This document shows positions 1-9,862 of a stretch of DNA of 34,082 nucleotides, in pieces (the first letter of the stretch is position 1; each line of letters starts with the position of its first letter). The DNA is taken from contig JABHHG010000152.1 of the NCBI GenBank assembly GCA_018671635.1, forward strand, positions 1 to 34,082, read 5' to 3'. The notes under the pieces are model-generated. The model was given only the letters and a program-made list of their open reading frames with translations. It was not told the origin of the DNA and searched no databases. Made by a program: the position numbers and the translations under genes. Source of the stretch: Fidelibacterota bacterium (GTDB lineage Bacteria; Fidelibacterota; Marinisomatia; SCGC-AAA003-L08; D37C17).

Positions 1-1
1 A

Positions 2-178
2 TCCAATTATGGGCGGATTTGCACTAAAACCATTATAGAATGAAAAGGGAGCCAGATTGTGATTCCCCTTTTTGTCTTGTGTGGTCACAAAGGCGATGGG
101 ACGGGGAACAATTCCCGATATCAATAAATGATAATTGGTTTTAATGTCAAGCGTACTGGGATCAAATGTTTTGTACAA
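2..178 (-). CDS. Flavin reductase family protein (DIM6/NTAB-like), 5' part, runs off the left edge
   Basis: Not in the ORF track. Manual translation from TTG at 178 gives MYKTFDPSTLDIKTNYHLLISGIVPRPIAFVTTQDKKGNHNLAPFSFYNGFSANPPIIG. PRPIAFVTT and NLAPFSFYN are typical of this family. GAGGA RBS upstream, 2 nt after the VOC gene stop. Confidence 0.88.
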   Translation of the reverse strand, partial: MYKTFDPSTLDIKTNYHLLISGIVPRPIAFVTTQDKKGNHNLAPFSFYNGFSANPPIIG

Positions 179-180
179 TA

Positions 181-549
181 CTATCCTCGAGAATGGAGAG
201 ATGCAATATTACCTTCAGTATCCATAAAATCAGCACAATGACCGATTTCCTTAGTTATCACCGCTTTAGGCTTGAGGACTTTCCCACCTGCAAATTCAAC
301 ACGATTAAGGAATACCCCTAAACCTGAGTCACCATCAAAGTATAGGCGAACCCCATCTTTACTGGGAGCAAAATCATCCGCTTGAAATAAAGCACCACCT
401 ATGGTACCCTCGCCAGATGGAAAAATAAACATACGATCATTATCAGCATTCATCCCTTGCATCTCCATTTGAAAGATGGATTCATAAAATTTTTTTGACC
501 GAATCAAATCTGTGGCAGGAATCTCAAACCAACATGCCGATATACTCAT
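181..549 (-). CDS. VOC/glyoxalase-bleomycin resistance family protein
   Basis: WFEIPATD...KFYESIF and DTEGN motifs; 122 aa; GGAGGA RBS upstream. Confidence 0.88.
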   Translation of the reverse strand: MSISACWFEIPATDLIRSKKFYESIFQMEMQGMNADNDRMFIFPSGEGTIGGALFQADDFAPSKDGVRLYFDGDSGLGVFLNRVEFAGGKVLKPKAVITKEIGHCADFMDTEGNIASLHSRG

Positions 550-603
550 ATCATCCTCCCTATCTAGTTAAAGTATTACTTTATATATATCTGTCAAGTA
601 TTT

Positions 604-1749
604 CTATATCCATGACTTCGGGTAATCAACATCATCAATCTCTATAACTGCATCTACCACATCTAGTGGCTTAAAAGTGTCAATCATTACGGCTAATTCT
701 TTCGTTTTTTTCTTACCAATTGACGCTTCATATTTACCCGGTTGCGGGCCATGCGGCAGCCCCATTGGATGATGGGTTATGGACTCTAAATCGATTCCCT
801 TTCGACTCATAAATTCACCTTGTGAATAGAATAGAATTTCATCTGAATCTACATTAGAGTGGGGATATGGTGCCGGAATAGCATCTGGATGAAAATCAAA
901 TAAGCGTGATACAAAATTGCATACCACAAAGCCTTCACTCTGTAGTACTTGATGCACCGGTGGTGGTTGATGAAGACTACCTACAATAGGCTCAAAATCA
1001 TCAATGTTGAATATCCATGGAAAGAAATATCCATCCCACCCCACAACATCACAGGGATGATGGCCGTAAACCATATCCTGAATCCCATCATTTACCCGTA
1101 CTTTTACTAAAAACTCACCTTCTTTGTCAACAGGGTCTGTCAATTCAGGGGTTCGTATATCTCGTTCACAAAAAGGAGAATGCTCTAACAATTGTCCAAA
1201 TTTATTACGATAGCGAGACGGCGTTTCAATGGGTCGGTTTGATTCCACCACTAAAATTCGACATTCATCATCCACATCCATTTGCCAAATGACGCCTCGA
1301 GGGATTACAATATAATCACCGAATCCAAATTTTAACGTTCCCAAATTAGACTTGAGCGTACCACCCCCACTTTGAATATACAGCAATTCATCAAAATGAC
1401 CATTTCGGTTATGGAAATCCATTGAATCATTTACATGGGCTTTCGAAATAACTACATCCGAATTAAAAAATAATGGTCGACGAGCATCAATTGCATTTCC
1501 AGAGCTGTTAATATTTGCCGTACGAATATGTCGAGCCCGATGAGATTTATCACCACGCTTCAATTCAATGGGATGAAAGTCCCCCATTTCTAACACCCGA
1601 GTTGGCATGCGTAAATGATAGAGATTAGTGTACATATGGGAAAAACCCTCACGGCTTACTAATTCTTCATAGTATAAACTGCCATCAGCCTTTTTAAAGG
1701 CCGTATGTCGCTTGGGTGGAATCATACCTTTTGATTGATAAAATGGCAT
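604..1749 (-). CDS. hmgA: Homogentisate 1,2-dioxygenase
   Basis: IPPKRHT, HPCDVVGWDG, HQPPPVHQ, PYPHSNVDSDE and HPMGLPHGPQPG motifs; adjacent to hppD. Confidence 0.95.
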   Translation of the reverse strand: MPFYQSKGMIPPKRHTAFKKADGSLYYEELVSREGFSHMYTNLYHLRMPTRVLEMGDFHPIELKRGDKSHRARHIRTANINSSGNAIDARRPLFFNSDVVISKAHVNDSMDFHNRNGHFDELLYIQSGGGTLKSNLGTLKFGFGDYIVIPRGVIWQMDVDDECRILVVESNRPIETPSRYRNKFGQLLEHSPFCERDIRTPELTDPVDKEGEFLVKVRVNDGIQDMVYGHHPCDVVGWDGYFFPWIFNIDDFEPIVGSLHQPPPVHQVLQSEGFVVCNFVSRLFDFHPDAIPAPYPHSNVDSDEILFYSQGEFMSRKGIDLESITHHPMGLPHGPQPGKYEASIGKKKTKELAVMIDTFKPLDVVDAVIEIDDVDYPKSWI

Positions 1750-1758
1750 CTTTTCTCC

Positions 1759-2880
1759 TTAAAGATTTCCGCGTTTCTCTTGCTCTAATTCTATGGATTC
1801 AAATAAAGCCTGAAAATTACCCTGACCGAATCCGCGAGAGCCTTTTCTCTGAATAATCTCAATAAATAATGTAGGGCGGTCTTCTAAGGGTTTAGTAAAG
1901 AGTTGCAATAAATATCCTTCTTCATCTCGGTCAACCAAAATTTTCAATTCTTTTAATTTTTCAAGATCTTCATCAATTATTCCCACACGTTCTGAAAGTG
2001 ATTCATAATAAGTGTCTGGAACTTCTAAAAAATCTACTCCATTGGCTCGTAATGCTGAAATCGTTTTAACAATATCCCCTGTTTGGATTGCAATATGTTG
2101 CGCGCCTGGACCTTCATTGAAATCTAAATATTCTTCAATTTGTGACTTTTTCTTTCCTTTGGCAGGTTCATTAATGGGCATCATCACTTTCCAGTTTTTA
2201 GACCGTACCACAATACTTTTTAATGCTGAATATTGAGTTGAAATATCAGTGTCATCAAATCGAACAAAAGTAGTGAATCCAAATACTCGCTCATAGAATT
2301 CACTCCACACATCCATCTTATCCCATTCCACATTACCTACAATATGGTCGGTACGAATGAGCCCTGGGTCTTCTGAGGGTACATCAGGTAAGCTTAAAGG
2401 TCCAAATCCAGGTGCCCACAAACCCTTATATTCTTCACGCCAAATAAAAGAATGTATGGTATCGCCATAGGTTTGGATAGATGACTTTCCAAATTTTCCA
2501 CTTTCATCTTCAGTAACAGTTGGTGGCATCACACTCACCGCACCGCGTGACACACATGAATCATGTGCTTCTACATCACATTCAACTTGAATTGCAATAT
2601 CACAAACGCCATCACCATGTTTTGAAAGCCATTCTGTTGCAGGATGAGCAGAAGATAATGGGGTGGTAAATACGAAGAAAAGATTATTTTGTTTTAGCAC
2701 ATAAGAAACATGATCGCGAACACCCGTTTCAGGACCACAATAAGCATGAGGCTGAAATCCAAATGCCGATCGATAGAAGTGTACAACTTGCTTAGCATTA
2801 CCCACATAAAACTCTACATGATCAAAATCTTTAACTTTAAAATGTTCAGTTCCGGTCCATTCATTGGTCATAAAAGCCAT
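1759..2880 (-). CDS. hppD: 4-hydroxyphenylpyruvate dioxygenase
   Basis: DHIVGNV, KSQIEEYL, GAQHIA, LLQLFTKP and FIEIIQRKG..GFGQGNFQALFESIE motifs. Confidence 0.97.
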   Translation of the reverse strand: MAFMTNEWTGTEHFKVKDFDHVEFYVGNAKQVVHFYRSAFGFQPHAYCGPETGVRDHVSYVLKQNNLFFVFTTPLSSAHPATEWLSKHGDGVCDIAIQVECDVEAHDSCVSRGAVSVMPPTVTEDESGKFGKSSIQTYGDTIHSFIWREEYKGLWAPGFGPLSLPDVPSEDPGLIRTDHIVGNVEWDKMDVWSEFYERVFGFTTFVRFDDTDISTQYSALKSIVVRSKNWKVMMPINEPAKGKKKSQIEEYLDFNEGPGAQHIAIQTGDIVKTISALRANGVDFLEVPDTYYESLSERVGIIDEDLEKLKELKILVDRDEEGYLLQLFTKPLEDRPTLFIEIIQRKGSRGFGQGNFQALFESIELEQEKRGNL

Positions 2881-3977
2881 TAAACTGTTTTCTCCATAAT
2901 TTTGTTTAATTTATCAATAAAAAATTCATTTTCATCAGTAGTACCAATAGTAACTCGTACACATTCAGGAAGTCCAAAGCCTATCAAATGGCGAAGTATC
3001 ACTCCATTCTCCAACATGGTTTGGGTAAAATCTTTGGCTTGAACTCCATCATTAAAAAGCAATGTTACAAAATTTGTGACGGACGGAATATACCTGAGTT
3101 CAAACTCATCAAATGTGGTCGTAATCTGATCCATTCCATCCATATTGACTGTGAGTGCACTCAATAGATATGCATCATCGTCTAAAGCTGCAATCGCTGC
3201 TGATTGAGCCGGTATTGCAGGTTCAAATGGGAGTTTAACTTTGAGAAGATTGCCAATTAAATCGGCATGACCAAAACCATAACCTACTCTAAATCCAGCT
3301 AAACCATAGGCTTTAGAGAATGTTCTCAGCGTAATCACATTATCATACCGATAGTGCATTGAATCGGGGAAATTAGCTGCATTTTGTGCATATTCGAAAT
3401 AGGCCTCATCCAACAACACTAATACGCGCTCCGGAACTCTTGACATAAATCTATCAAATTCATCCACCGTAAAATAGGTTCCCGTTGGATTATCAGGATT
3501 TGCCAAGTAAATAATTTTAGTATAATCATTAATAGCATCAGCCATGGATGATAAATCGTAATGATAATCTTTCATGGGAATCCAATTGGTATGATTACCA
3601 CTGGCATTTGCCAATACCCTGAAACCAATAAATGAATTGAGAGCCGCCACAATCTCATCGCCCGGTTTCAAGAAAGTTCGCATAATGGTGGACATAACTC
3701 CCTCACTACCGCCACCTAAAACTACATTTTCCATTTTCAGATCGAAGCGAGTAGCCAACTTATCACGTAGCTCAAATGCTGCCGCATCGGGGTACCGATG
3801 ACATTCCATTAATGAATCTTGAGCTGCCCTAATAGACGACTTAGGTGGACCTAATGGATTCTCGTTAGATGCTAATTTTACAATTTCCTCAAGTCCCAAC
3901 TCACGTTGAACTTCAGATATGGGCTTCCCCGCCTTATAAGGAGAAAGCTCTTTTATGTGTTTTGGTACTAATGCCAT
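2880..3977 (-). CDS. hisC: Histidinol-phosphate transaminase-family (class II PLP) aminotransferase, probably acting on aromatic amino acids here
   Basis: YKAGKP, KLASNENPLGP, NPDNPTG, DEAYFEY and RTFSKAYGLAGFRVGY (PLP lysine). Start reset to MALVPKH at 3977 because the longer ORF overlaps the divergent gene. Stop overlaps the hppD ATG (TAATG). Confidence 0.88.
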   Translation of the reverse strand: MALVPKHIKELSPYKAGKPISEVQRELGLEEIVKLASNENPLGPPKSSIRAAQDSLMECHRYPDAAAFELRDKLATRFDLKMENVVLGGGSEGVMSTIMRTFLKPGDEIVAALNSFIGFRVLANASGNHTNWIPMKDYHYDLSSMADAINDYTKIIYLANPDNPTGTYFTVDEFDRFMSRVPERVLVLLDEAYFEYAQNAANFPDSMHYRYDNVITLRTFSKAYGLAGFRVGYGFGHADLIGNLLKVKLPFEPAIPAQSAAIAALDDDAYLLSALTVNMDGMDQITTTFDEFELRYIPSVTNFVTLLFNDGVQAKDFTQTMLENGVILRHLIGFGLPECVRVTIGTTDENEFFIDKLNKIMEKTV

Positions 3978-4060
3978 AAGATGTAGATTTGCCTTTAATA
4001 AAACCTCCGAATTTAGGTTAATTCTCAGTGAAAAAAATATGATTTTGAAAGATATAACAA

Positions 4061-5641
4061 ATGGATAAAAGTACAGCAACACAATTGCGTGGAAATCTTT
4101 TCCGCCATTTAGACGGAATTGCAATCACATCTACAATGGCAGCCCTCCATAATCAGGGAATTATCAAATTCATATTGGATAAAAAATCATTTACCTTAGA
4201 AGATATATTTGAAAGTTTCCCATCAAACCATGGTTACATGAATGTGGCACTCCGTTTATTGAGCGCACAAGGATGGCTTGAAAGAGAAATTCATAGCCCT
4301 AATCAACAGATTTATTTTTCCATAACCGAAAGAGGAAAGGGCATTTTTGCCTGTTCCCATATATATACTGAGGTAGCCACTCTACTGAAAGATGTGCCGC
4401 TATATCGCCATAAACTATTTTCAGCACATCAAACATATTCACAGAATTATAATAATTTCATCACTGCTATTCACGAAATGAGTGATGACATCCCAGCACA
4501 AATTAAGTTACAAATTCAAGGAATTCTGATTGGCCCTGCATTGGTTGCATTAGGAATGAATGAAAAAATTGAGGAATATTTAAATGTCAATCAATTCAGG
4601 CAGAATGATATAAATGACTTTCCCCTCATAAATTCATTTGCCAATTATTTTGTCCATATTGGTTTTTTAAATGCTGATTATTCCTTCACAGAAGTTGGTG
4701 AATTTTTCTTTAAACGTGCGGCTGCATATGGCGTAACCGTTTCATACCTCCCCATGTTTTCAAATCAAGAGGAAATATTTTTTGGCGACCCTCACCATAT
4801 TTGGAAGCGAGATAAAACAGGCTCTGAAACCCATGTGGATCGAACCATGAATGTATGGGGAAGCGGTGGTGCCCACTCTACTTATTTCAAAAAAATTGAC
4901 GAAATTGTCATCAATATTTTTAATCGACCATTAAATGAGCAACCTATAGGAATTGCAGATATGGGCTGCGGTGATGGCACATTATTGAAACATCTATATG
5001 AATTGGTGAAATATAATACCCTTCGAGGAGAAAACTTAGACCAATACCCACTTTTAATTGTGGGGGCTGATTTTAATCAAGCTGCACGGATTGCCTCTGC
5101 CAAGACTCTAACCGATTCTCGAATTAAGCATCATATACTTCACGCAGATATTAGCCATCCCAACAAATATGCGGCGGAGCTAAAAGCAAAATTTGATATT
5201 GAATTAGGTGATTTACTGAATGTGCGATCATTTTTGGATCATAATAGAATTTATTCATCCCCAAAAATATCTTATTCCAATCGAATCAGTAAATCCTCAG
5301 GTGCATATGCATATCGGGGGAGGTTGATTCCCAACTTCGAACTAAAGCAAAATTTAGTTGAGCACCTCCATGCGTGGTGCCCCTATGTGAAGAAATTTGG
5401 ACTTTTGGTACTGGAGCTCCATTGCCTAGCCCCCAATTTAACGGCAGAAAATATCGGTTCAACTACATCGACAGCGTATGAAAGTACTCATGGATATTCT
5501 GATCAATATATTGTAGAAATCAGCACTTTTCTTAATGCTGCGGAAGAAGCGGGATTAGTGCCAGAACCTCAAAATATGGCCCGTTTCCCAAATAGTGATT
5601 TGGCCACTATTAGCATTAATTTATTTAAGAGTAAATCCTAA
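4061..5641 (+). CDS. Stand-alone class I SAM-dependent methyltransferase resembling the AprA MT1 (polyketide starter-unit) methyltransferase family
   Basis: SAM motif IADMGCGDG and VGADFN. HVDRTMNVWGSGGAH, RSFLDHNR and THGYSDQY match motifs I recognise from AprA-type MT domains. Long N-terminal helical region. Confidence 0.72.
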   Translation: MDKSTATQLRGNLFRHLDGIAITSTMAALHNQGIIKFILDKKSFTLEDIFESFPSNHGYMNVALRLLSAQGWLEREIHSPNQQIYFSITERGKGIFACSHIYTEVATLLKDVPLYRHKLFSAHQTYSQNYNNFITAIHEMSDDIPAQIKLQIQGILIGPALVALGMNEKIEEYLNVNQFRQNDINDFPLINSFANYFVHIGFLNADYSFTEVGEFFFKRAAAYGVTVSYLPMFSNQEEIFFGDPHHIWKRDKTGSETHVDRTMNVWGSGGAHSTYFKKIDEIVINIFNRPLNEQPIGIADMGCGDGTLLKHLYELVKYNTLRGENLDQYPLLIVGADFNQAARIASAKTLTDSRIKHHILHADISHPNKYAAELKAKFDIELGDLLNVRSFLDHNRIYSSPKISYSNRISKSSGAYAYRGRLIPNFELKQNLVEHLHAWCPYVKKFGLLVLELHCLAPNLTAENIGSTTSTAYESTHGYSDQYIVEISTFLNAAEEAGLVPEPQNMARFPNSDLATISINLFKSKS

Positions 5642-5730
5642 ATCATTTCATCGTCCACGAAAATGTAGGCTTAAAAGAATTATTTCTTCTTGATAAGGAT
5701 ATTACATTTTTAAATCACGGATATTTTGGA

Positions 5731-8700
5731 CTAATTCCCCATAATAATATTGACGATAAGTACAATATCAAGGATATCAATAATGGTATCACCATTAACA
5801 TCAGCGGCACACGACTGTGCTGCTGATGGAGTAATATTGCCCATTACAATATTCACAGTTTGGACGATGTCTAGGATGTCAATAATACCATCATCATTTA
5901 AATCAGCAGTAGTGCATGCACCACTCCCACCCACTTCATAATAACCAGTACGTTTATCATTACCACGATAAGTATTCCAGTAACCATCTACAGAACCTTC
6001 TGATTTGATATCCGTAACAATAAGTGTGTTTGTAGAGCCCGTAAATATTTCTAAATCTCCATCACCATCCAAATCCATGATATGTGGTGAACCAGCATAC
6101 GGAAACTCTGTAGTAATTGGGAAATACTGATTCTGTGAACCATCTCCATTGTAAGATAAAAGTTGGCCTGCACCATTAGTAGAGATAATCTCAGGGGTAC
6201 CATCATTATCCATATCAGCGAATGCAATAGAGCCTACAATATTATCATCTGTCTGTTGTGGCCATCCAGGGAGATTATTCCCATTTACATCTACAGCGTA
6301 TATATACCCATCATCAGAACCAAAGAAAATGGCGGTACTGCCATTTAACTCAACTGCTGATGGAGAAGTATAAATATTGTTTCCAGTGGGATAAGAGAAT
6401 TTTAGATCTCCATTTTCAGTAAGACAGTAGAAGCTATCATCCTTAGATCCAGCACATACAAGTATTTCATTACCCGTATTAATAATAGATGGGGCACTCT
6501 GGATTTTATCTCCTGTGGTGTAAGACCAACTTAGTGTTCCATCATCTAAGAGAAGACTGATATTATCACTATCACTACCAAATACAATATCATCTTTTCC
6601 ATTTCCATTAAAATCATATAATGCGACCCCTTTAATCATCTTCTCACCCACATCAATAGGAAATCCAGAAACATCTGTTCCATCAGCATTAATAGCATAA
6701 ATCTTTTTACCTGAAGATGAGTATCCTCCAATAACCACTTCTAAATCTTCATCATCATCTAATTGGCCAATGGCAGGTGATCCCATAAGATAGCTATCTG
6801 CAAAGTATTCTGCTTTAAGACCATATTGGTCGAAGAGGTAGAGATACTTACTCTTAGAGGTAATGGCCATATCAATATTGCCATCATTATCAAGATCAGC
6901 AGCTGAAGGTGAACCCCAGATTTGATTCCCTGTATCATAAGGGAATGTAGCATCGGAAACTTCACTACCATCGCTGTTATATCGGTGTACCAATCCTGCA
7001 TAGTCACCTATGAGTACATCTAATGAACCATCATTGTCAAAATCAACTACAACTGGAGATGGCTTGAGTTGGCTTCCCATACTAATAGGGAAACCTGATT
7101 GGTGGAGAGAAATTTGGAAGTCAATTGATAATGATGTATTGTACGCAATATTATCTTGTCCTAGTCCAGAAATATTCAATTGACATGATTTATTTCCAAC
7201 TTCAATCTCTGATGAAATTGATAATGAAAGTTCACTTGAATTAGAAACGATCGCTCCAGATTCAATATTAGAATAATCAGAATTGTTACTTAAGACTGAA
7301 ATTGATTCATCATCACACACAATAGTTGATTCAAGTGATAATGCAGTTTGCCAACCCGCCTCATTTTGGAGATAAATATCAAGGGATGCAGACTCACCTG
7401 GATTGACTACACCATCAAAATCACCACTCAATTCATTAAATAATAATGTATCAACAGACAGATTGGGAAATGTTAATGATCCAATTGCTTTATGCACATC
7501 TATCATGCCATAACCCAAATTACCAGCATACTCTGGATTATCATTAATTTCATAAATAATAGGATCAGCCGTTTGTTGCATACGTTCCCGTAACTCTTCA
7601 TTTGTCCAATCTGGATAGAAAGCTTTCATTAATCCAAAACAGCTTGCAGCATTAGGTGATGCCATAGATGACCCATCCCATGATTCATAACCTGAGCCAA
7701 TTATCGTACTATAAATTGATTCACCCGGAGCTGAGAACTCAACTGAATTATGATATGTTGCCCAACCACCCCAAGAGCCGCTACAACCTATTGCCGCAAC
7801 TGATATACAATTAGTATATGATGCTGGATAGTGTGAAGCATTCTCATCATCATTTCCTGCTGCCGCTAAAATAATTGCACCATATGTGTTATATGCAGTA
7901 TTAATAGTATTATTTTCAGAGCTACTATATCCTCCGCCACCCCAACTATTATTAATGATAGTAAAGGTACCTGCATAGTAACCCGCTTTTGCTGCGTATA
8001 GAATTCCTGAATACCCATCATTTATTCCAGGGTCTGTACTTTGACTAGAACGAGAGACTTTAACTGACATAATACTTGCATTAAATGCTGTCGATGCCAT
8101 ACCTAAATTGTTATCCGTAGTCGCTGCTAAAACTCCAGCTACATGAGTACCATGAGCCCAACCTCCATTTGAAGAGGCATCCTCTCTTGGATAGGGATCA
8201 TTATCATCTTGACCATATGTGCCTGAAGGGTCCCAACCTATGAAATCATCAGTATATCCATTACCATCATCATCAAAACCATTTACGAATGGTGAGCCAT
8301 CAGATATAAAATCTCGAAGATTAATTTCACCATCATCATTGATATCACCTGTATTCTGGATTAAATAATCAACAACTTCCTCTGGTGTAATTTTTCCATT
8401 ATTATTACTATCTAGATTATTATCCTCTAACATCCAAGAAGGGATTTCACCTTGGTTTATCCAAATATTCTTCCAAAGATCTGGATGAGTATAATCAACC
8501 CCCGTATCAACTGAAGCTAGTATCACTTCTCTATCACCAGGCATTATCCCAGCAGGAATATTCCAATAATCCCATGCCTTATCAGCTCCAACTGCATTGA
8601 TACTACATTGATTATCAAGATTTGTATCATTAGGTATATAAAATGGTTTCCTAATATATTCATTTTCAGAATATTCAATAAATTGAAATTTAGCAATTTT

Positions 8701-9036
8701 TTCTACAATAGTGCTTAGTTCACTGCGATGAGACTCTTCAATATATATTCTGTATATTCTATTTAAATATACATCACCATTATAATCCATTTCAGTTGCA
8801 CCAGGAAGCCATGGTTCAATCATGTTAATACCATTTGTGTCAAAAAAATTGTTGAGCTGTTGGATATCAACACTAACACGCCCATCTTTACTTTCAATTT
8901 GTAATGGAGAGACTTCTTTCTTCAAGCAAAAAAGAAACGTACTTTTTGATGTTTTTGGTGTACCTGCAAAATTCATGCTAATACATAATACTAAAATAAT
9001 ATAAATAAATACTTTTCTCACGAAGCTTCCTTTCAA
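5731..9036 (-). CDS. Secreted S8 (subtilisin-like) serine peptidase with FG-GAP/beta-propeller repeats and a C-terminal dockerin-type domain
   Basis: Catalytic triad motifs VDTGVD, HGTHVAG and GSSMASP; oxyanion AAAGN; repeats DFDNDGSLD, DLDNDGNID and DLDGDGDLE; duplicated DxNxDxxIDILDIV at the C-terminus. Signal peptide; alternative GTG start at 9021 after AAGGA. Confidence 0.92.
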   Translation of the reverse strand: MKGSFVRKVFIYIILVLCISMNFAGTPKTSKSTFLFCLKKEVSPLQIESKDGRVSVDIQQLNNFFDTNGINMIEPWLPGATEMDYNGDVYLNRIYRIYIEESHRSELSTIVEKIAKFQFIEYSENEYIRKPFYIPNDTNLDNQCSINAVGADKAWDYWNIPAGIMPGDREVILASVDTGVDYTHPDLWKNIWINQGEIPSWMLEDNNLDSNNNGKITPEEVVDYLIQNTGDINDDGEINLRDFISDGSPFVNGFDDDGNGYTDDFIGWDPSGTYGQDDNDPYPREDASSNGGWAHGTHVAGVLAATTDNNLGMASTAFNASIMSVKVSRSSQSTDPGINDGYSGILYAAKAGYYAGTFTIINNSWGGGGYSSSENNTINTAYNTYGAIILAAAGNDDENASHYPASYTNCISVAAIGCSGSWGGWATYHNSVEFSAPGESIYSTIIGSGYESWDGSSMASPNAASCFGLMKAFYPDWTNEELRERMQQTADPIIYEINDNPEYAGNLGYGMIDVHKAIGSLTFPNLSVDTLLFNELSGDFDGVVNPGESASLDIYLQNEAGWQTALSLESTIVCDDESISVLSNNSDYSNIESGAIVSNSSELSLSISSEIEVGNKSCQLNISGLGQDNIAYNTSLSIDFQISLHQSGFPISMGSQLKPSPVVVDFDNDGSLDVLIGDYAGLVHRYNSDGSEVSDATFPYDTGNQIWGSPSAADLDNDGNIDMAITSKSKYLYLFDQYGLKAEYFADSYLMGSPAIGQLDDDEDLEVVIGGYSSSGKKIYAINADGTDVSGFPIDVGEKMIKGVALYDFNGNGKDDIVFGSDSDNISLLLDDGTLSWSYTTGDKIQSAPSIINTGNEILVCAGSKDDSFYCLTENGDLKFSYPTGNNIYTSPSAVELNGSTAIFFGSDDGYIYAVDVNGNNLPGWPQQTDDNIVGSIAFADMDNDGTPEIISTNGAGQLLSYNGDGSQNQYFPITTEFPYAGSPHIMDLDGDGDLEIFTGSTNTLIVTDIKSEGSVDGYWNTYRGNDKRTGYYEVGGSGACTTADLNDDGIIDILDIVQTVNIVMGNITPSAAQSCAADVNGDTIIDILDIVLIVNIIMGN

Positions 9037-9126
9037 TTCAAAGTGCGTTATTTCTATCCATATAATTTACAATAATTCAGAGGTGGGACTTGTAAATTAT
9101 TGAAACATCTTGTAACGCGAATTTTA

Positions 9127-9354
9127 CTATAATTTATGACTAAATAGTTCTTTCTCGTCCTCGTCTAAATCATCTACAATTACACCCCATTCTTTCTTAG
9201 ATTCTAATGCTCTTAATATAGTTATAGCTGTTAGCACTAACACAAATGATATTAATCCCACTTTAACCGCAAAAATATCTCTATCTAAAAAAATTAGTAG
9301 AATAAAAAACAATAACCACAATAGTCTAAATAGTCGCGTGAATAATATATTCAT
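9127..9354 (-). CDS. Small membrane protein, two TM helices
   Basis: Two hydrophobic stretches; ATGA overlap with the upstream gene. Confidence 0.65.
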   Translation of the reverse strand: MNILFTRLFRLLWLLFFILLIFLDRDIFAVKVGLISFVLVLTAITILRALESKKEWGVIVDDLDEDEKELFSHKL

Positions 9355-9818
9355 TCAATAATTCCTAAATTTTTAAGCTTTTCATCAAACATCATAATTA
9401 GAGCTTCTTCATCATGACAACTATTAATTTCTTCAACTGTCATAAAAGTAGATTCAGCTTTACCCTTTTTTAACAATGCTATGGGGAGTTTAACCTTCTC
9501 ACCACGTTTCTGATACTGCGTTAATACATCAGCATAAGTAAAATTTACCGATATGGGAAGACTCTCAATATAATTTGCCCATTGTTGATTCCTGTCCCAA
9601 TTATCATACGTAATTAAACACAAATTACAAGAATAGGTTGATGGGGAAATTTGTCGATGCACATAATCTGTTAGAGCATTAAAAAGTCCACTTTTTGCAT
9701 TATATACAAAAAGTACTTCCATTTCGTTATTTTTATTCGTCTTTATATTACTTGTAGCACTTATAATGCCAATGAGTATAAATAGAATTAATCGTCTCTT
9801 ATTGTTTAAAAACTTCAA
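9351..9818 (-). CDS. Conserved hypothetical protein with N-terminal signal/anchor and CxxC
   Basis: LFVYNAKSG...SPSTYSCNLCLITY resembles an uncharacterised FCB-group family; GGGAG RBS before the TTG start. Confidence 0.7.
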   Translation of the reverse strand: MKFLNNKRRLILFILIGIISATSNIKTNKNNEMEVLFVYNAKSGLFNALTDYVHRQISPSTYSCNLCLITYDNWDRNQQWANYIESLPISVNFTYADVLTQYQKRGEKVKLPIALLKKGKAESTFMTVEEINSCHDEEALIMMFDEKLKNLGIIE

Positions 9819-9862
9819 TAATTTCTCCCTTGGAAATTTACTAATTTTCTATATTTCTATTT

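Noticed and set aside
43..72. Terminator-like hairpin AAAAGGGA...TCCCCTTTT
   Set aside because: It lies inside the flavin reductase coding sequence, with a long loop and imperfect stem.
3978..4124. N-terminal extension of the hisC-like ORF
   Set aside because: It overlaps the divergent methyltransferase gene, and family similarity starts at MALVPKH.
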